Part shown: in pieces, positions 50,345 to 60,794 of the stretch
How positions within the stretch are numbered: the stretch's first letter is position 1
Layout of the letters: each line of letters opens with the position of its first letter
Origin: an uncultured Nitrospiraceae bacterium
GTDB taxonomy: Bacteria; Nitrospirota; Thermodesulfovibrionia; Thermodesulfovibrionales; SM23-35
Length of the DNA: 64,000 nucleotides
Direction: 5' to 3'
Assembly (NCBI GenBank): GCA_963727775.1
Contig: CAVSHB010000001.1
Span: forward strand, 1,248,001-1,312,000
Translations under genes and position numbers: made by a program
Notes under the pieces: generated by a model
Databases searched by the model: none
What the model was told of the DNA's origin: nothing
The model's input: only the letters and a program-made list of their open reading frames with translations

Positions 50345-52587
50345 TCAATACCTCACAAGCTTAATTTTATACAATAAATTATAGAACAGATGCTTAACCA
50401 AATATTTCCTTACATTCTTGTCGACTTCCTCCCGCGATACGACTCGTCGATGACACCTCTGGCGGATACGATCCATTTCTTGTTGTCCTGCTGAGATATT
50501 TGCCGAAGTCTTCTGGAGCTGATGCACTCTGAATGCGCCGAGAAAACGAGGGAGCCTGGCAAATCTGGCGCCGGCGTCACGGAATCGAAGTATCAAATCC
50601 CAGTCCATGGCAAACAGGAAACTTTCATCGATATACCCTCCGACCTTATCCCAGATTCTCCTCCTCCAGAAGAGCGTTTCCTGCGGCACATAATCCGCCC
50701 AGGATAATATCTCATCGTTATGCGGCGGGAGAACCCAACGTCCAATCTCCCGGTCAAGCAAGTCTATTAGAACCCTGTGCCCATAGACGACATCAACATC
50801 AGGGTGCGTCTCAAAAAACCCCGCCACATAGTGCAGGGTGCCCGGAAGGAGCAAATCATCAGAATTCAGATATGCCATAATTTCACCTGTTGTATGCTTG
50901 AACCCAATGTTGATGGCATTCGCCTGGCCCTTGTCCTCAGCTAACTCACAGTGGGAAAGCGATTCCCGATACCTTTCCAGTATTTCCCTTGTACCGTCAA
51001 CAGAGTCACCATCCTGGACAACATACTCCAGTTTCGGATAGTGTTGACTCAGCACACTTATTACAGTGCGTTCAATAAAATCTGCCTGATTAAAGGATGG
51101 CGTAACCATAGAGATAACGGGGAAAGAATCCAATATCTTTGTAAAAGTATAATGCTTCGGGACACTCATGGGTTTGGGCTTATGTTGATAGAGAACACCG
51201 AGACGCGGCAAAAATAAATTCGGCAACAGGTTTCCTAAGAAACTATTGAACCTGCGTAAGAAAACTGTTTGAACGCGTTTTAAAATATTGTAGACCCCGA
51301 TTTTGTCGGAAATAATAAAAATGATTGTCTTAAATGCAAAAGGCAAACTGACAAAAGATTCGATCCTTTCCTGTTCCGACATAAAACGGGAATAAATCTC
51401 ATCAATCGTATACTGAACGTTCCTTGCGCTATCACTCGAATCTGGAGCAAAATGCCAGTATAGCTTATTAAGACTCCAACTTCTCCGGTATGATTCAAAG
51501 TCATCAAAAAGGGCAATTATTTCACGAAGACAATCTTTAGTTTCCCTTGTTTTTGAAAAAGCGTATCCTTTTTCAATCAAGGGTTTCCTCAAGTTTTCGT
51601 CAAAATAGAGTCTATGAATTTTTTCTGCGAGATCTTTCTCGTTTCTTGGATCAAAAAGGATGGCTGCATCCTTGAGATGTTCATGCGAACCCAAGATCGA
51701 GGCAGCTAATACGGGGCATCCGAATGCAAAGGCCTCAAGGGGAGGGAAATTATCAGGTCCAAAAAATGAAGGATAGACAAGGGCGAAAGCATTTTTATAG
51801 AGAGAAGCCAGTACATGACGGTCAACAAAGCCTTTGAAGATTATCTTCTTTGTCAACCCTAATTTCACCGCAACCTCTTTCACATGACCGAGATTTCCCA
51901 TATCTGAACCGGTAAAGACAAGATGAAAATCGTGAGAATATTTATCGACAAGAATTCTTAGGGCATGGAGTAAAACTATATGATTTTTATGGGGCCAGAA
52001 TTGAGCAGGATAGAAAAGAAAAGGCTTTGGGACATCATTAAAAAGTGTATCACTTATTTTCTTGTAATCGAAAACCCAATTCGGGGTTGGGAAAGAGATT
52101 ACTTTAATCCTTTCGTTTAATACGCGGTAAAAATCGTGTATTTCTTCTTTCCTTTCTCTGTGCCGGTAATAACACAAGCTGCTCTGGGAAGGAATTCCCT
52201 GTAGTTGGTTTCTCTTTTATCCCAGGTCCACCCGGTTTGGCTGACTTCAGGGAAAAAAGGCTGTTTTCTGTGCTCTAGGTCCAAAACTGTGCAGATGATC
52301 GGGAGATGGACGTGCTCGAAAGGAGGCACCATGAACCAGCAGATATCTATCTTGTGTTTCAGCAACTGAAAGGACAAATCAGTAATATTGTCCTGACGAG
52401 TTACCGTTTTGCCCAACGATATAAAATTCCAGCGCTCATTTCCAAGTGTAAATCCCTCACCATAGTGAAAAAAATAAAAATCGTGTTTCCCGTTATATTT
52501 GGTAAGTTCTTCAACAAGGTCCTCCTGATAAGTATATCCTCCCCCGAATTCCTTAGGCTGATATCCTAAACAGACGCCTATCCTCAT
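50345..52587 (-). pseudogene. GT4-GT2 bifunctional glycosyltransferase with a -1 frameshift at ~52149
   Basis: The N-terminal ORF ...VITGTEKGK continues as EEIHDFYRV...FYPAQFWPHKNH in the -1 frame; C-terminal GT2 VTPSFNQ/LNSDD. Confidence 0.75.
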
Positions 52588-52643
52588 TTTCCCTCACACA
52601 TTCTATCAGTATACCGATTTCCCAGATTGCGGACTACTTTCCC

Positions 52644-54044
52644 TCACTGATTTCCCTGCAATCTTCCGACAAACAAGATTCGGTCGGGCTCGAACCGCAA
52701 TTCAGCAACGCAATTAAAATGCTTTTCAAATGCTTTTCTCAAAGACCATCTGTCACACCATTCAGATTGCGGCACTGAAGCGTCGAGCCTATTACAGGGT
52801 TTTGAAATCATAAATTCGACAAAAGCATAATCGTTTGTATAACTCGCCAGACTCTTCAATATACTCTCCAGGGGATATTGCTGCAAATAACGCTCCAAAG
52901 GTACCGCAGCCACTGCCTGTGCTTTAAGCCGTTCGGCAGGTTCTGGATCTGCTAAATCCACAACAGCCGGAGTAATCGGAAAGCTCCTGTTCTTTGCGAA
53001 TGTATATGCCTTCTCGATCGCAGATGGGTCGTTATCAATACAAACCACTTGTTTAACTGACGTCTGTATCAACAACCTTTCCAAGAACTGAACGTTGGGG
53101 CCTCCAAATTGAACGACAGAAGAAATGTTTTCCGACTCAATCAGGCGGAGTATTTCGTCAAGATAAGGGGAAGAAGACACTTCGCCGCGTGCTCCGTGGA
53201 TATTGTGATGACAAGACCGTGCGCTGCCAGTTGGTCCAAAAGTTATCTGCTCTATTTTTCTTGAGAGCGATCGAGAGGTTGTATGCCTGAACAGCCACGC
53301 CCTTTTCCTCATAAACATGAGCAATTTTCCATTCAGGCGAGAATGCGCTCGTCTTATTTCTTCATTCTCACAAAAGGGTAAGACCATCGCAGAGAAATAC
53401 AAGGAGATCAGTTTTCTCAATGCAGCAGGATTAACCCGTCTCAAGAGTCCCCATTTCCAGAGCAGATAGCTTTTATGCAGCCGGACAGCAAGCGTATTAG
53501 CGCCCTGTTCATCTCCAAGCGAGTACACCTTGAGGGGATAGTAGTACAACTGCAGAAATTCAGGGTAGCACCTAAAACAATCCCTGTTTTCTTTTGTTTC
53601 AACTTCACCTCTTATAAAACTCCCGATATCGATATAAATAGGACGAGAACCGTCAAACAGTATATTCCCAGGATGACAATCTTTTAAATAATATCCATGG
53701 TCAGCAGCTATCATTGCTATTCTTAGCACTAAAAGGGCAGTATCCTTTAACATGGAGAATGTCCATTCGCGGCAATATGTCACACGATCAATTTTTCTGT
53801 GCTCGATCACCAGATCATACCCATCAATCTCATAATCCGTAATCCATGAATCAATGAAAAAACCTTCCCCCATAAGTTCCTTAACCATTTCAGAAGCAAG
53901 AAGCTCTTTTACATGTTCTGAATATTCTTTATGTATCGCTCTAAATACATGTCCCTTCCAAAAGAATATTTTACCAACATTATCATATGTCCATTCACAG
54001 AATTTTACTTCCTGAATGGCGATGCGCCTTTTCGTCTTCAACAT
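52644..54044 (-). CDS. NoeA-like protein: kinase-like N-terminal part plus degenerate methyltransferase part
   Basis: EWTFSMLKD, LKDCHPGNILF..IDIGSF; C-terminal VVQFGG..VVCIDND. Confidence 0.55.
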   Translation of the reverse strand: MLKTKRRIAIQEVKFCEWTYDNVGKIFFWKGHVFRAIHKEYSEHVKELLASEMVKELMGEGFFIDSWITDYEIDGYDLVIEHRKIDRVTYCREWTFSMLKDTALLVLRIAMIAADHGYYLKDCHPGNILFDGSRPIYIDIGSFIRGEVETKENRDCFRCYPEFLQLYYYPLKVYSLGDEQGANTLAVRLHKSYLLWKWGLLRRVNPAALRKLISLYFSAMVLPFCENEEIRRAHSRLNGKLLMFMRKRAWLFRHTTSRSLSRKIEQITFGPTGSARSCHHNIHGARGEVSSSPYLDEILRLIESENISSVVQFGGPNVQFLERLLIQTSVKQVVCIDNDPSAIEKAYTFAKNRSFPITPAVVDLADPEPAERLKAQAVAAVPLERYLQQYPLESILKSLASYTNDYAFVEFMISKPCNRLDASVPQSEWCDRWSLRKAFEKHFNCVAELRFEPDRILFVGRLQGNQ

Positions 54045-54805
54045 TTCCGAGCCACAGCCACAATATGCCATATATTTTCAGTAATGTTTTCACATGTTGA
54101 AAACCCGGCAAACCATTTTATGGGAACAAACCCATTGCCTTCCAGGATAGCCGCCATTTCCTGTACGAGGAAGTATCGCACCACCTGCGTTTCTTTGAGC
54201 TGGGAATATGCGCCGTCATTGTTCAGCTCGAATATGCTGTACGAAACTTCACATGCCTGCCGGGAATGGTCAAGCGTCGTTTCTGATATCCTCAGGACTT
54301 CACCTTTTTCCGTTATCCATCGCCTGACCCGAACGGGCTCATAGTGACGGAGTATCGCTCCGGCATTCCAGAATTCGAACACTAATAAACCATCGGCATG
54401 TAAATGATGATGAATCCCTTGAAGGGTTTGTGTAAGTGCCTCATTAGTCACAACATGCCCTATGGAGTCGAATAGACAGATTGCCGCATCAAAGGGTCCT
54501 TTCTTTAAGTTCAGTGAACGCATATCCTGATTATAAAACTCCACTTGAGAAGACAGCCTTCCAGCCTTTTGGAGTGCGACGGCCAGCATGGAATTCGAAT
54601 AATCTGTCGCGGCAATCTCATAGCCCAACTTCTCAAGCTCTATGGCATGTGATCCTGTTCCGCATGCCAATTCAAGAACTGAACAGGTTGGCCGCTTACC
54701 GAATTCCTGCAGGCAGTAATGGACAAATGCCGCCTCTTCAGCATATGGTTTATCCTTATAGAAGATGTCATAGAGCTCTGCATAGCGGCCGCCATAGGAG
54801 TTCAT
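54038..54805 (-). CDS. SAM-dependent methyltransferase (amino-sugar N-methyltransferase-like)
   Basis: YAELYD..K.YAEEA, VLELACGTG, DMR, CLFDSIGH, similar to the TylM1/DesVI pattern. Confidence 0.75.
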   Translation of the reverse strand: MNSYGGRYAELYDIFYKDKPYAEEAAFVHYCLQEFGKRPTCSVLELACGTGSHAIELEKLGYEIAATDYSNSMLAVALQKAGRLSSQVEFYNQDMRSLNLKKGPFDAAICLFDSIGHVVTNEALTQTLQGIHHHLHADGLLVFEFWNAGAILRHYEPVRVRRWITEKGEVLRISETTLDHSRQACEVSYSIFELNNDGAYSQLKETQVVRYFLVQEMAAILEGNGFVPIKWFAGFSTCENITENIWHIVAVARKC

Positions 54806-55953
54806 CTCGCCTTTTTCCGTCCCTTCATGGCCTTTCCTTTTTGGGCATGCTCATATGCTTCCTGCATGAAACGTGCGATTTTCTTCAACTGCCTCTCTTT
54901 CAGCGTATATGTCGAGGGAAGGTAGAGTCCCGTTTCCCAAAGTCTGTCAGCAACAGGGCATGGCATCTTCCTGAAGCCAGATATCGATTCCAGGCATGGT
55001 TGCTGATTCATCGGGCAGAAAAATGTGCGGGAATCAACACCCCTTTCGTATAACCATTGCATCAATAGATCCCTCGTCATTCCAAACCCGGACTTGATTG
55101 CAAGGGCATACATCCAGTACACATTTCTCGCCCATTCCGCTTCCATCGGGAGCTGAATACCCGGAATATCCGAAAGGTAATGATTATAGGTTTGCGCTAT
55201 ACGACGTTTTTCAGCAATGATATATTCAATCTTCTTGACCTGTACCAGGCCTAAGGCCGCCTGGTAACCTGTCATACGGAAATTAAAGCCAGCCACTTCA
55301 TGCCTGAAACGCGGCTTTGTAAATGCGAGGTTGCGCAGCAATCTGAGACGTGAGGCCAGGATTTCATTATTGGTAACCACCATGCCTCCCTCGCCCGTGG
55401 TTATTATTTTATTGGCATAAAAACTGAAGCATCCCATGTCCCCAAAACTGCCGGTCTTTCGCCCCCGGCATGTTGCGCCGTGAGCTTCGGCGCAATCCTC
55501 GATGATAGTCAAATTATACTTTCGGGCCTCAATCATAAGACGATCCATATCTACAGGATGGCCGTAAAGATGCACCGGTATCACTGCCTTTGTCTTTGGA
55601 CTGATAAGCGACGGAATTAAATCAATGTTGAGGTTCCAGGTATCTTTTTCCGAATCTACAGGGACAGGGATTGCACCGTTATGAACCACAGCCAGTGCAG
55701 TCGCAATATTGGTGCTGGCACTTACCAAAACCTCATCACCGGATACTATGCCGGCTGCCGCTACCGCAAGATGTAGGGCGGTTGTGCCACTTGTAACTGC
55801 GATGCCATACATGCTGTCAGAGTATTCGGCAAATTGTTTTTCGAACTCGTTGAGTGAATCCCCGAATGTCCCGGATAATTCACCTTTCCTGAGAGCTGCT
55901 GTAACGGCGCTTATCTCTTCCTTTCCTATGACGGGCTCGAAAACAGGTATCAT
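54802..55953 (-). CDS. DegT/DnrJ/EryC1/StrS aminotransferase (perosamine synthase-like)
   Basis: SGTTALHLA, EDCAEAHG, FSFYANKIITTGEGG, GFNFRM. Confidence 0.88.
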   Translation of the reverse strand: MIPVFEPVIGKEEISAVTAALRKGELSGTFGDSLNEFEKQFAEYSDSMYGIAVTSGTTALHLAVAAAGIVSGDEVLVSASTNIATALAVVHNGAIPVPVDSEKDTWNLNIDLIPSLISPKTKAVIPVHLYGHPVDMDRLMIEARKYNLTIIEDCAEAHGATCRGRKTGSFGDMGCFSFYANKIITTGEGGMVVTNNEILASRLRLLRNLAFTKPRFRHEVAGFNFRMTGYQAALGLVQVKKIEYIIAEKRRIAQTYNHYLSDIPGIQLPMEAEWARNVYWMYALAIKSGFGMTRDLLMQWLYERGVDSRTFFCPMNQQPCLESISGFRKMPCPVADRLWETGLYLPSTYTLKERQLKKIARFMQEAYEHAQKGKAMKGRKKAR

Positions 55954-56363
55954 CAGTCGACCTCTACAATGATTTTATCGTTCTCGGATCCCATAAACGG
56001 CCCCTGCTTCACACTGATACACTGCATATCCTCAAGGACACGAAGAGCATGAATACCGTGAACCAGCACAATCGCGTCACCGGGATTAAGCACAACTTCT
56101 CTCAGAAGCTTCTTCTCGTCGCTGTACAATTGCACTGCAACCTTACCGCGCTGCACAACAAACATCTGTTGAAGATCCGTAATTGTTTTTGTTATGGGTT
56201 TATGAAAATGGGGAGGTTCCACAAAACCGGCCTTATGCGCCAGAAGGCCAAACTGGAATGAGGATTCGGGTTTTGAGAAGAATGTAGTTTGATCAACCTC
56301 GGTATCTGCCCAGATTATTTCCGCATATGTAGTGTCTCCGAATTCTATCTTTTCGATACCCAT
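55953..56363 (-). CDS. Cupin-fold protein (WbuC-like)
   Basis: PHFH ... GD ... GIH ... KQGPF. Confidence 0.65.
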   Translation of the reverse strand: MGIEKIEFGDTTYAEIIWADTEVDQTTFFSKPESSFQFGLLAHKAGFVEPPHFHKPITKTITDLQQMFVVQRGKVAVQLYSDEKKLLREVVLNPGDAIVLVHGIHALRVLEDMQCISVKQGPFMGSENDKIIVEVD

Positions 56364-56393
56364 AGCATTTTCTTGATTGATCTGCTTATCATT

Positions 56394-57194
56394 TCAGGAA
56401 TAAAACTTTTTCCAACTACTTGTTTCCAATCGTTTCAGCTCATTCGAGCAGCGCCAATAGCCTTCAGTTCGTATGAACGAATCTCTTTTATTGATCCTGT
56501 ATTGTATTGATCTCAACTCAATGTATTTAAAATGTCTTTTAAAAACCTGGTGTAAGTCATCTAAAGAATAAAATAGTTGCAAATGGTCCCGTTTGCACTC
56601 TTCTGCAGATAGCGACTCAGATCCAACAAAAACACCGTCAGAAACTAACGAGGCACATATTTTCCTAACCATAATATCCGTCGTATCAGCAGAGAAATGT
56701 CCAATCGCGCCGTCCCAGACAACTACCTCGTATGGGTTATTGGGAAAGGGTTGGTTGACCGCATCACAGAGATAATAGGTTATTTTTTCGGAGCTATTAT
56801 ATTCCTTGGCCGCCTTTATTGCGGTAGGCTCAATATCAATAGCATCTATTGATGAGCACTTTTCAGCAAAAAACCTCCTTGTGAAGAATCCATCGCCACA
56901 TCCTACATCCAAAAGTCTGTCACCCTCTTGTATCACCTCGGAACTGAAAAAACCCCTGTAAAGTGGGTACGCTCCAACGGAATAAGCGCTGAAAGCAAAA
57001 TCGAATGTATCTCTCCGGTTATCGTCGAAATGAGGAGGTTCATCACCGATTACCCACTCTCTCCTGAATTTACTATCATAATGTTTTTCCAACAGAGTGA
57101 GGAGAACCCTTTCACGAGACCGTCCACCCCACTTCGCGTACTCTAAAAAGAATCGCCATTTTCGTTTCATGTTATGCAGCCCCGGCAACAACAC
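56394..57194 (-). CDS. Class I SAM-dependent methyltransferase
   Basis: LLDVGCGDG, IDI; start may be ATG 57170. Confidence 0.8.
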   Translation of the reverse strand: MLLPGLHNMKRKWRFFLEYAKWGGRSRERVLLTLLEKHYDSKFRREWVIGDEPPHFDDNRRDTFDFAFSAYSVGAYPLYRGFFSSEVIQEGDRLLDVGCGDGFFTRRFFAEKCSSIDAIDIEPTAIKAAKEYNSSEKITYYLCDAVNQPFPNNPYEVVVWDGAIGHFSADTTDIMVRKICASLVSDGVFVGSESLSAEECKRDHLQLFYSLDDLHQVFKRHFKYIELRSIQYRINKRDSFIRTEGYWRCSNELKRLETSSWKKFYS

Positions 57195-57239
57195 TTCGTG
57201 TCAGAGGGTTAGCGGCCTTTTTCTGCACAATAAAATTAT

Positions 57240-58196
57240 TCATATCAGCCCGGAGAGGTCTTTTATTTTTACATACGCACCACTTTCTATGTCAACAACA
57301 ACCATATCTTTTATCGCCGCAAATCGTTTTATACCGGTAACATACGTCAACTCTCCCCTGGAATCCCGTGATTCTCTAAACCTGGATTCAACATATCCCT
57401 CTGCCACTGTCAACGGTTTCAGCCGGCCAATCTTGTCTTTGCGGATGAAATACGCATTATTGCCGCTGCTGTTGCATCCGATGAAAAAATAGCCCTTTTT
57501 TTCTGCCAGCAAAGATAATGCCTTTAGCGAGCATCCCCAATAAAGGTTTGAGCAGTGGGCTTTTGTCCTGTTAAAGGCTGCGCTGTAAGGAATCGTCACC
57601 GCAAGGTTCGGACCAAAAACACTATTGAATTCGATGATAACAACTACAGGAGTCACTACATTAATGCTTTCCCATATCCAGAAATCATTTCCATCAACGT
57701 CTATGCTCAAGATACCGACATCGCCGCTAAATCCGCTATCAGAAATGATACTGTTGATATTTTCCTTCGTTATAAACTTTTCAACCGCGGTCAACTCATG
57801 CTTCCAGCAGATTTCATGTTTTCTTATAAATTCAATATTCTCCCTGCTCGCATCAATAACAAGTCCCCGCCAATTATTATTCATGAGGAGAAATCTGGTA
57901 TTGGACTCCATATAATTCTCCACGCCGAATTCGATAAATGAATGATGAGGAATATCAATAGCATGTATCAGGTATTGAATAATGCCGTCATCCCCGAACT
58001 GCGAAAAGACCTTAAATTCGGTGTCGTGAATATTCTCAAAAACTACCTGCTGCTTTATATTATGGATGCAGCCCTGTGCAGCGAGGATCTTGAGTTCTTC
58101 AATATTTCTTAATATCATAGCGTCATTTCTCAATACAATATCGTTTCTTCCAGTCTTTTTCTTGTGATTAAAGATAGAACGCAGATAATTCATCAT
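57240..58196 (-). CDS. FkbM-like methyltransferase-fold protein
   Basis: FSQFGDDGII, FIEFG, LSIDVDGND, IEFN; ATGA overlap. Confidence 0.65.
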   Translation of the reverse strand: MMNYLRSIFNHKKKTGRNDIVLRNDAMILRNIEELKILAAQGCIHNIKQQVVFENIHDTEFKVFSQFGDDGIIQYLIHAIDIPHHSFIEFGVENYMESNTRFLLMNNNWRGLVIDASRENIEFIRKHEICWKHELTAVEKFITKENINSIISDSGFSGDVGILSIDVDGNDFWIWESINVVTPVVVIIEFNSVFGPNLAVTIPYSAAFNRTKAHCSNLYWGCSLKALSLLAEKKGYFFIGCNSSGNNAYFIRKDKIGRLKPLTVAEGYVESRFRESRDSRGELTYVTGIKRFAAIKDMVVVDIESGAYVKIKDLSGLI

Positions 58197-59917
58197 TCCT
58201 TGCACGAAAAGATAAATCCTTTAAAAAATGAGGGGTAATCAACCTTATCAAATGAATCAAACTCCTCTATGAGCTCATACCTCCGGGAAAAAAAGTCTTT
58301 GAATTCTTCAAGGCTGAAAAACCGATACGGAAAGCTTGCATCATAGATGTCGGGAGGAACCTTCTGGACGGTTATACAGTTCCTCCCGTCCGCTGAAAAC
58401 GGCGTTCGGTCAATAAGTATATATTTAACAGTAAAATCGAAAATCCTGTTCAACAGTTCATAAGGCTTTTCGATATATTCGAGAACACCGGAAAAGAGGA
58501 CGACATCGGGTACATTCCCTTTCCTTATGCAATCTTCCATGCTGAAATGAAATTTAAGATTTTCGCCTTCAAATAATTCTTTCCCGCATTTAACAAAACG
58601 CTCCTGTTCCACTACATTCCATGTCAGGGCTTTCAGATGCTTCAAGAATTTCCTGTTCTGGTAATAGGAAGTTCCCAGCGACCCGCCAAAGTCTATCAAG
58701 TTCAACCTGTTGTCATTCATGGAAGCGATCCATAACAGCCCGCTCAGGGTCGGCCAGGAATACTGGATTTTATCAAACAGGACAGAATCTCTCTCATAAA
58801 CGGTTTCACCGTTTTTCACCTTTAACGCCGCGTTCTTGACTTTTTCAAAAATAACCTCCGAGTTGTAACCCGTACTCTGTTTCCTGGCTTCTTCCCATGA
58901 GGAATAATCACCCCCAAAACCGCGCTTCGCGGCAGGCGGTCCGGCTTGAGTCAAAGGCGAACTCATTGAATTAAGGTTGCGAAGCATTCTTTGATATATT
59001 TTCTTCAATGTTATGGAGAATGAAACATGCCGGCAAGATTTCGAATCTATTAAAAAGGTATGCCTGCTGTCGTATTCATCCGCTTCTTTATCTTGCAACA
59101 TGAACGTGGGATGATTTATCCTTTCAAGGCTGAAAGTCTTTACGTTGGCGAGTTTATTATCTGCATCCTTTATATGGGAAGCATCTTCATGACCACAACC
59201 TATGTTTGAAACAAGATTGACATTAGGGGTAATGCAAAGACCATTCTGGCGCCATATAGCGAATAGCCACTGGTAATCCCAAGTATCAATTTTGCCTTCG
59301 TAAGTCAGCTCAAATATCCTAAGCCAATATTCCTGTACCAAAGTATCCTCGAAAACATTCCTGATCTGATTCTGATCCCTAAAATTCGGGAAATCAGCCA
59401 TCTTGAAATCGTAGTGTCTCCAGGCCCTGCGCCAGCCTGCCCATCCCCAGGTCTGGGGATACTTACTGAAATAATAACTTCCGTCTCCCCGTTTATTGTC
59501 ATCTTGAAAATTATCGCCACCAATCATCATTATTCTTTCATCATCCCGATATTTCTCCAGAAGATCCTGGCAGAACCAGAAAAAGCTTTGATTGGGTAGC
59601 GTGTCATCCTCAAGGATAATACCTTCGGTTTCATTTTCAAAAAGCCAGTTCGTCGCCGTGGACGCGCTCACTCCACATCCCAGATTTTTCTCCCTGAAAA
59701 GCAATTTGACTTCGCAGTCCCAGTCCACTTGTTTGACAACAGTCCTGGTAGCTTCACATTTTTCTTCGTCGCCTTTCACATTCCTTGGGCCGTCGGCAGC
59801 AACGTATAACTTGACGGGTTTTGCCTTACATATTTCGTTAAACACTCGTTGGGTTGTATCCGGGCGATTAAAAATAATTAACAGAACCGGAGCAGTTAAC
59901 GTCTTTTCTCTTTTCAT
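58193..59917 (-). CDS. GT-A fold nucleotide-sugar transferase fused to a methyltransferase-like domain
   Basis: FNRP, ADGPR, ILEDD, WGWA, DTWDYQW; C-terminal YERDS, DFGGSLG. Confidence 0.75.
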   Translation of the reverse strand: MKREKTLTAPVLLIIFNRPDTTQRVFNEICKAKPVKLYVAADGPRNVKGDEEKCEATRTVVKQVDWDCEVKLLFREKNLGCGVSASTATNWLFENETEGIILEDDTLPNQSFFWFCQDLLEKYRDDERIMMIGGDNFQDDNKRGDGSYYFSKYPQTWGWAGWRRAWRHYDFKMADFPNFRDQNQIRNVFEDTLVQEYWLRIFELTYEGKIDTWDYQWLFAIWRQNGLCITPNVNLVSNIGCGHEDASHIKDADNKLANVKTFSLERINHPTFMLQDKEADEYDSRHTFLIDSKSCRHVSFSITLKKIYQRMLRNLNSMSSPLTQAGPPAAKRGFGGDYSSWEEARKQSTGYNSEVIFEKVKNAALKVKNGETVYERDSVLFDKIQYSWPTLSGLLWIASMNDNRLNLIDFGGSLGTSYYQNRKFLKHLKALTWNVVEQERFVKCGKELFEGENLKFHFSMEDCIRKGNVPDVVLFSGVLEYIEKPYELLNRIFDFTVKYILIDRTPFSADGRNCITVQKVPPDIYDASFPYRFFSLEEFKDFFSRRYELIEEFDSFDKVDYPSFFKGFIFSCKE

Positions 59918-60024
59918 GTACTATATTAAATTATACTGAACATAAAGGTCGACAAAAGGTACGTTTATATAGTTCTTTCCTCGTCCATCTTGCCCTAAGT
60001 TAATACAGCACGAGTCAATTTCCG

Positions 60025-60780
60025 TCATCTTAAAACGCCTTCCTCACTTCCGGGCTGGAAACGTTCATATGCTCCGATAACAGTATCGGGGTCGCCCAAC
60101 ATCTTGGCCTTTCCATGGTCTAACCATAAAACCTTTTTGCAAATAGCCTTAACGTCTTCCATGGCGTGAGAAACAAAGAGGATGGTAACCCCCTTCTTTA
60201 TGAATTGGGCTATCCTCTCTTCGCTCTTTTTGGTGAAATGCGCATCGCCGACGGCAAGTACCTCATCCAGTATCAGGATATCGGGGTTTACCTCCGTTGC
60301 AATGGAAAAACCGAGACGGGCAACCATTCCGGAAGAATAATTCCTTAATGGCGTGTTGATGAATTCACTCAATTCCGAAAAGTCAACAATACGTTCGTAC
60401 TTTTCTTTGATCTCTCTTCTCGAAAATCCGAGTATGGAGGCATTGAGGAAGATGTTTTCCCTCCCCGTTAAGTCATGGTCAAACCCTGCGCCGAGTTCAA
60501 TCAACGGCGCTATTGTACCGTTCACTGTCACTTTTCCCTTCGTAGGTATTATGACACCGGATATGACTTTCAAAAGAGTGCTCTTGCCTGCGCCATTGTG
60601 TCCGATGATACCAAGCGATTCGCCTTCGCTGATTTCAAGCGTCAGATCCTTCAGCGCTGAAAAGGCCTCAGCCCGTGTCCGTCTCCCTTTGAGGTAATTG
60701 ATAATGTATTCCTGGAACGTATTTCTACGGTATTCCCTGATAAGTCTGTATACAACCGATATGCCTTGAAGGTTTATCAC
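60025..60780 (-). CDS. wzt: Polysaccharide ABC exporter ATP-binding subunit, no C-terminal carbohydrate-binding domain
   Basis: GHNGAGKST, YSSGM, ILDEVLAVGD, VSH; only 251 aa. Confidence 0.92.
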   Translation of the reverse strand: MINLQGISVVYRLIREYRRNTFQEYIINYLKGRRTRAEAFSALKDLTLEISEGESLGIIGHNGAGKSTLLKVISGVIIPTKGKVTVNGTIAPLIELGAGFDHDLTGRENIFLNASILGFSRREIKEKYERIVDFSELSEFINTPLRNYSSGMVARLGFSIATEVNPDILILDEVLAVGDAHFTKKSEERIAQFIKKGVTILFVSHAMEDVKAICKKVLWLDHGKAKMLGDPDTVIGAYERFQPGSEEGVLR

Positions 60781-60794
60781 AATGGGTTCGCCCT

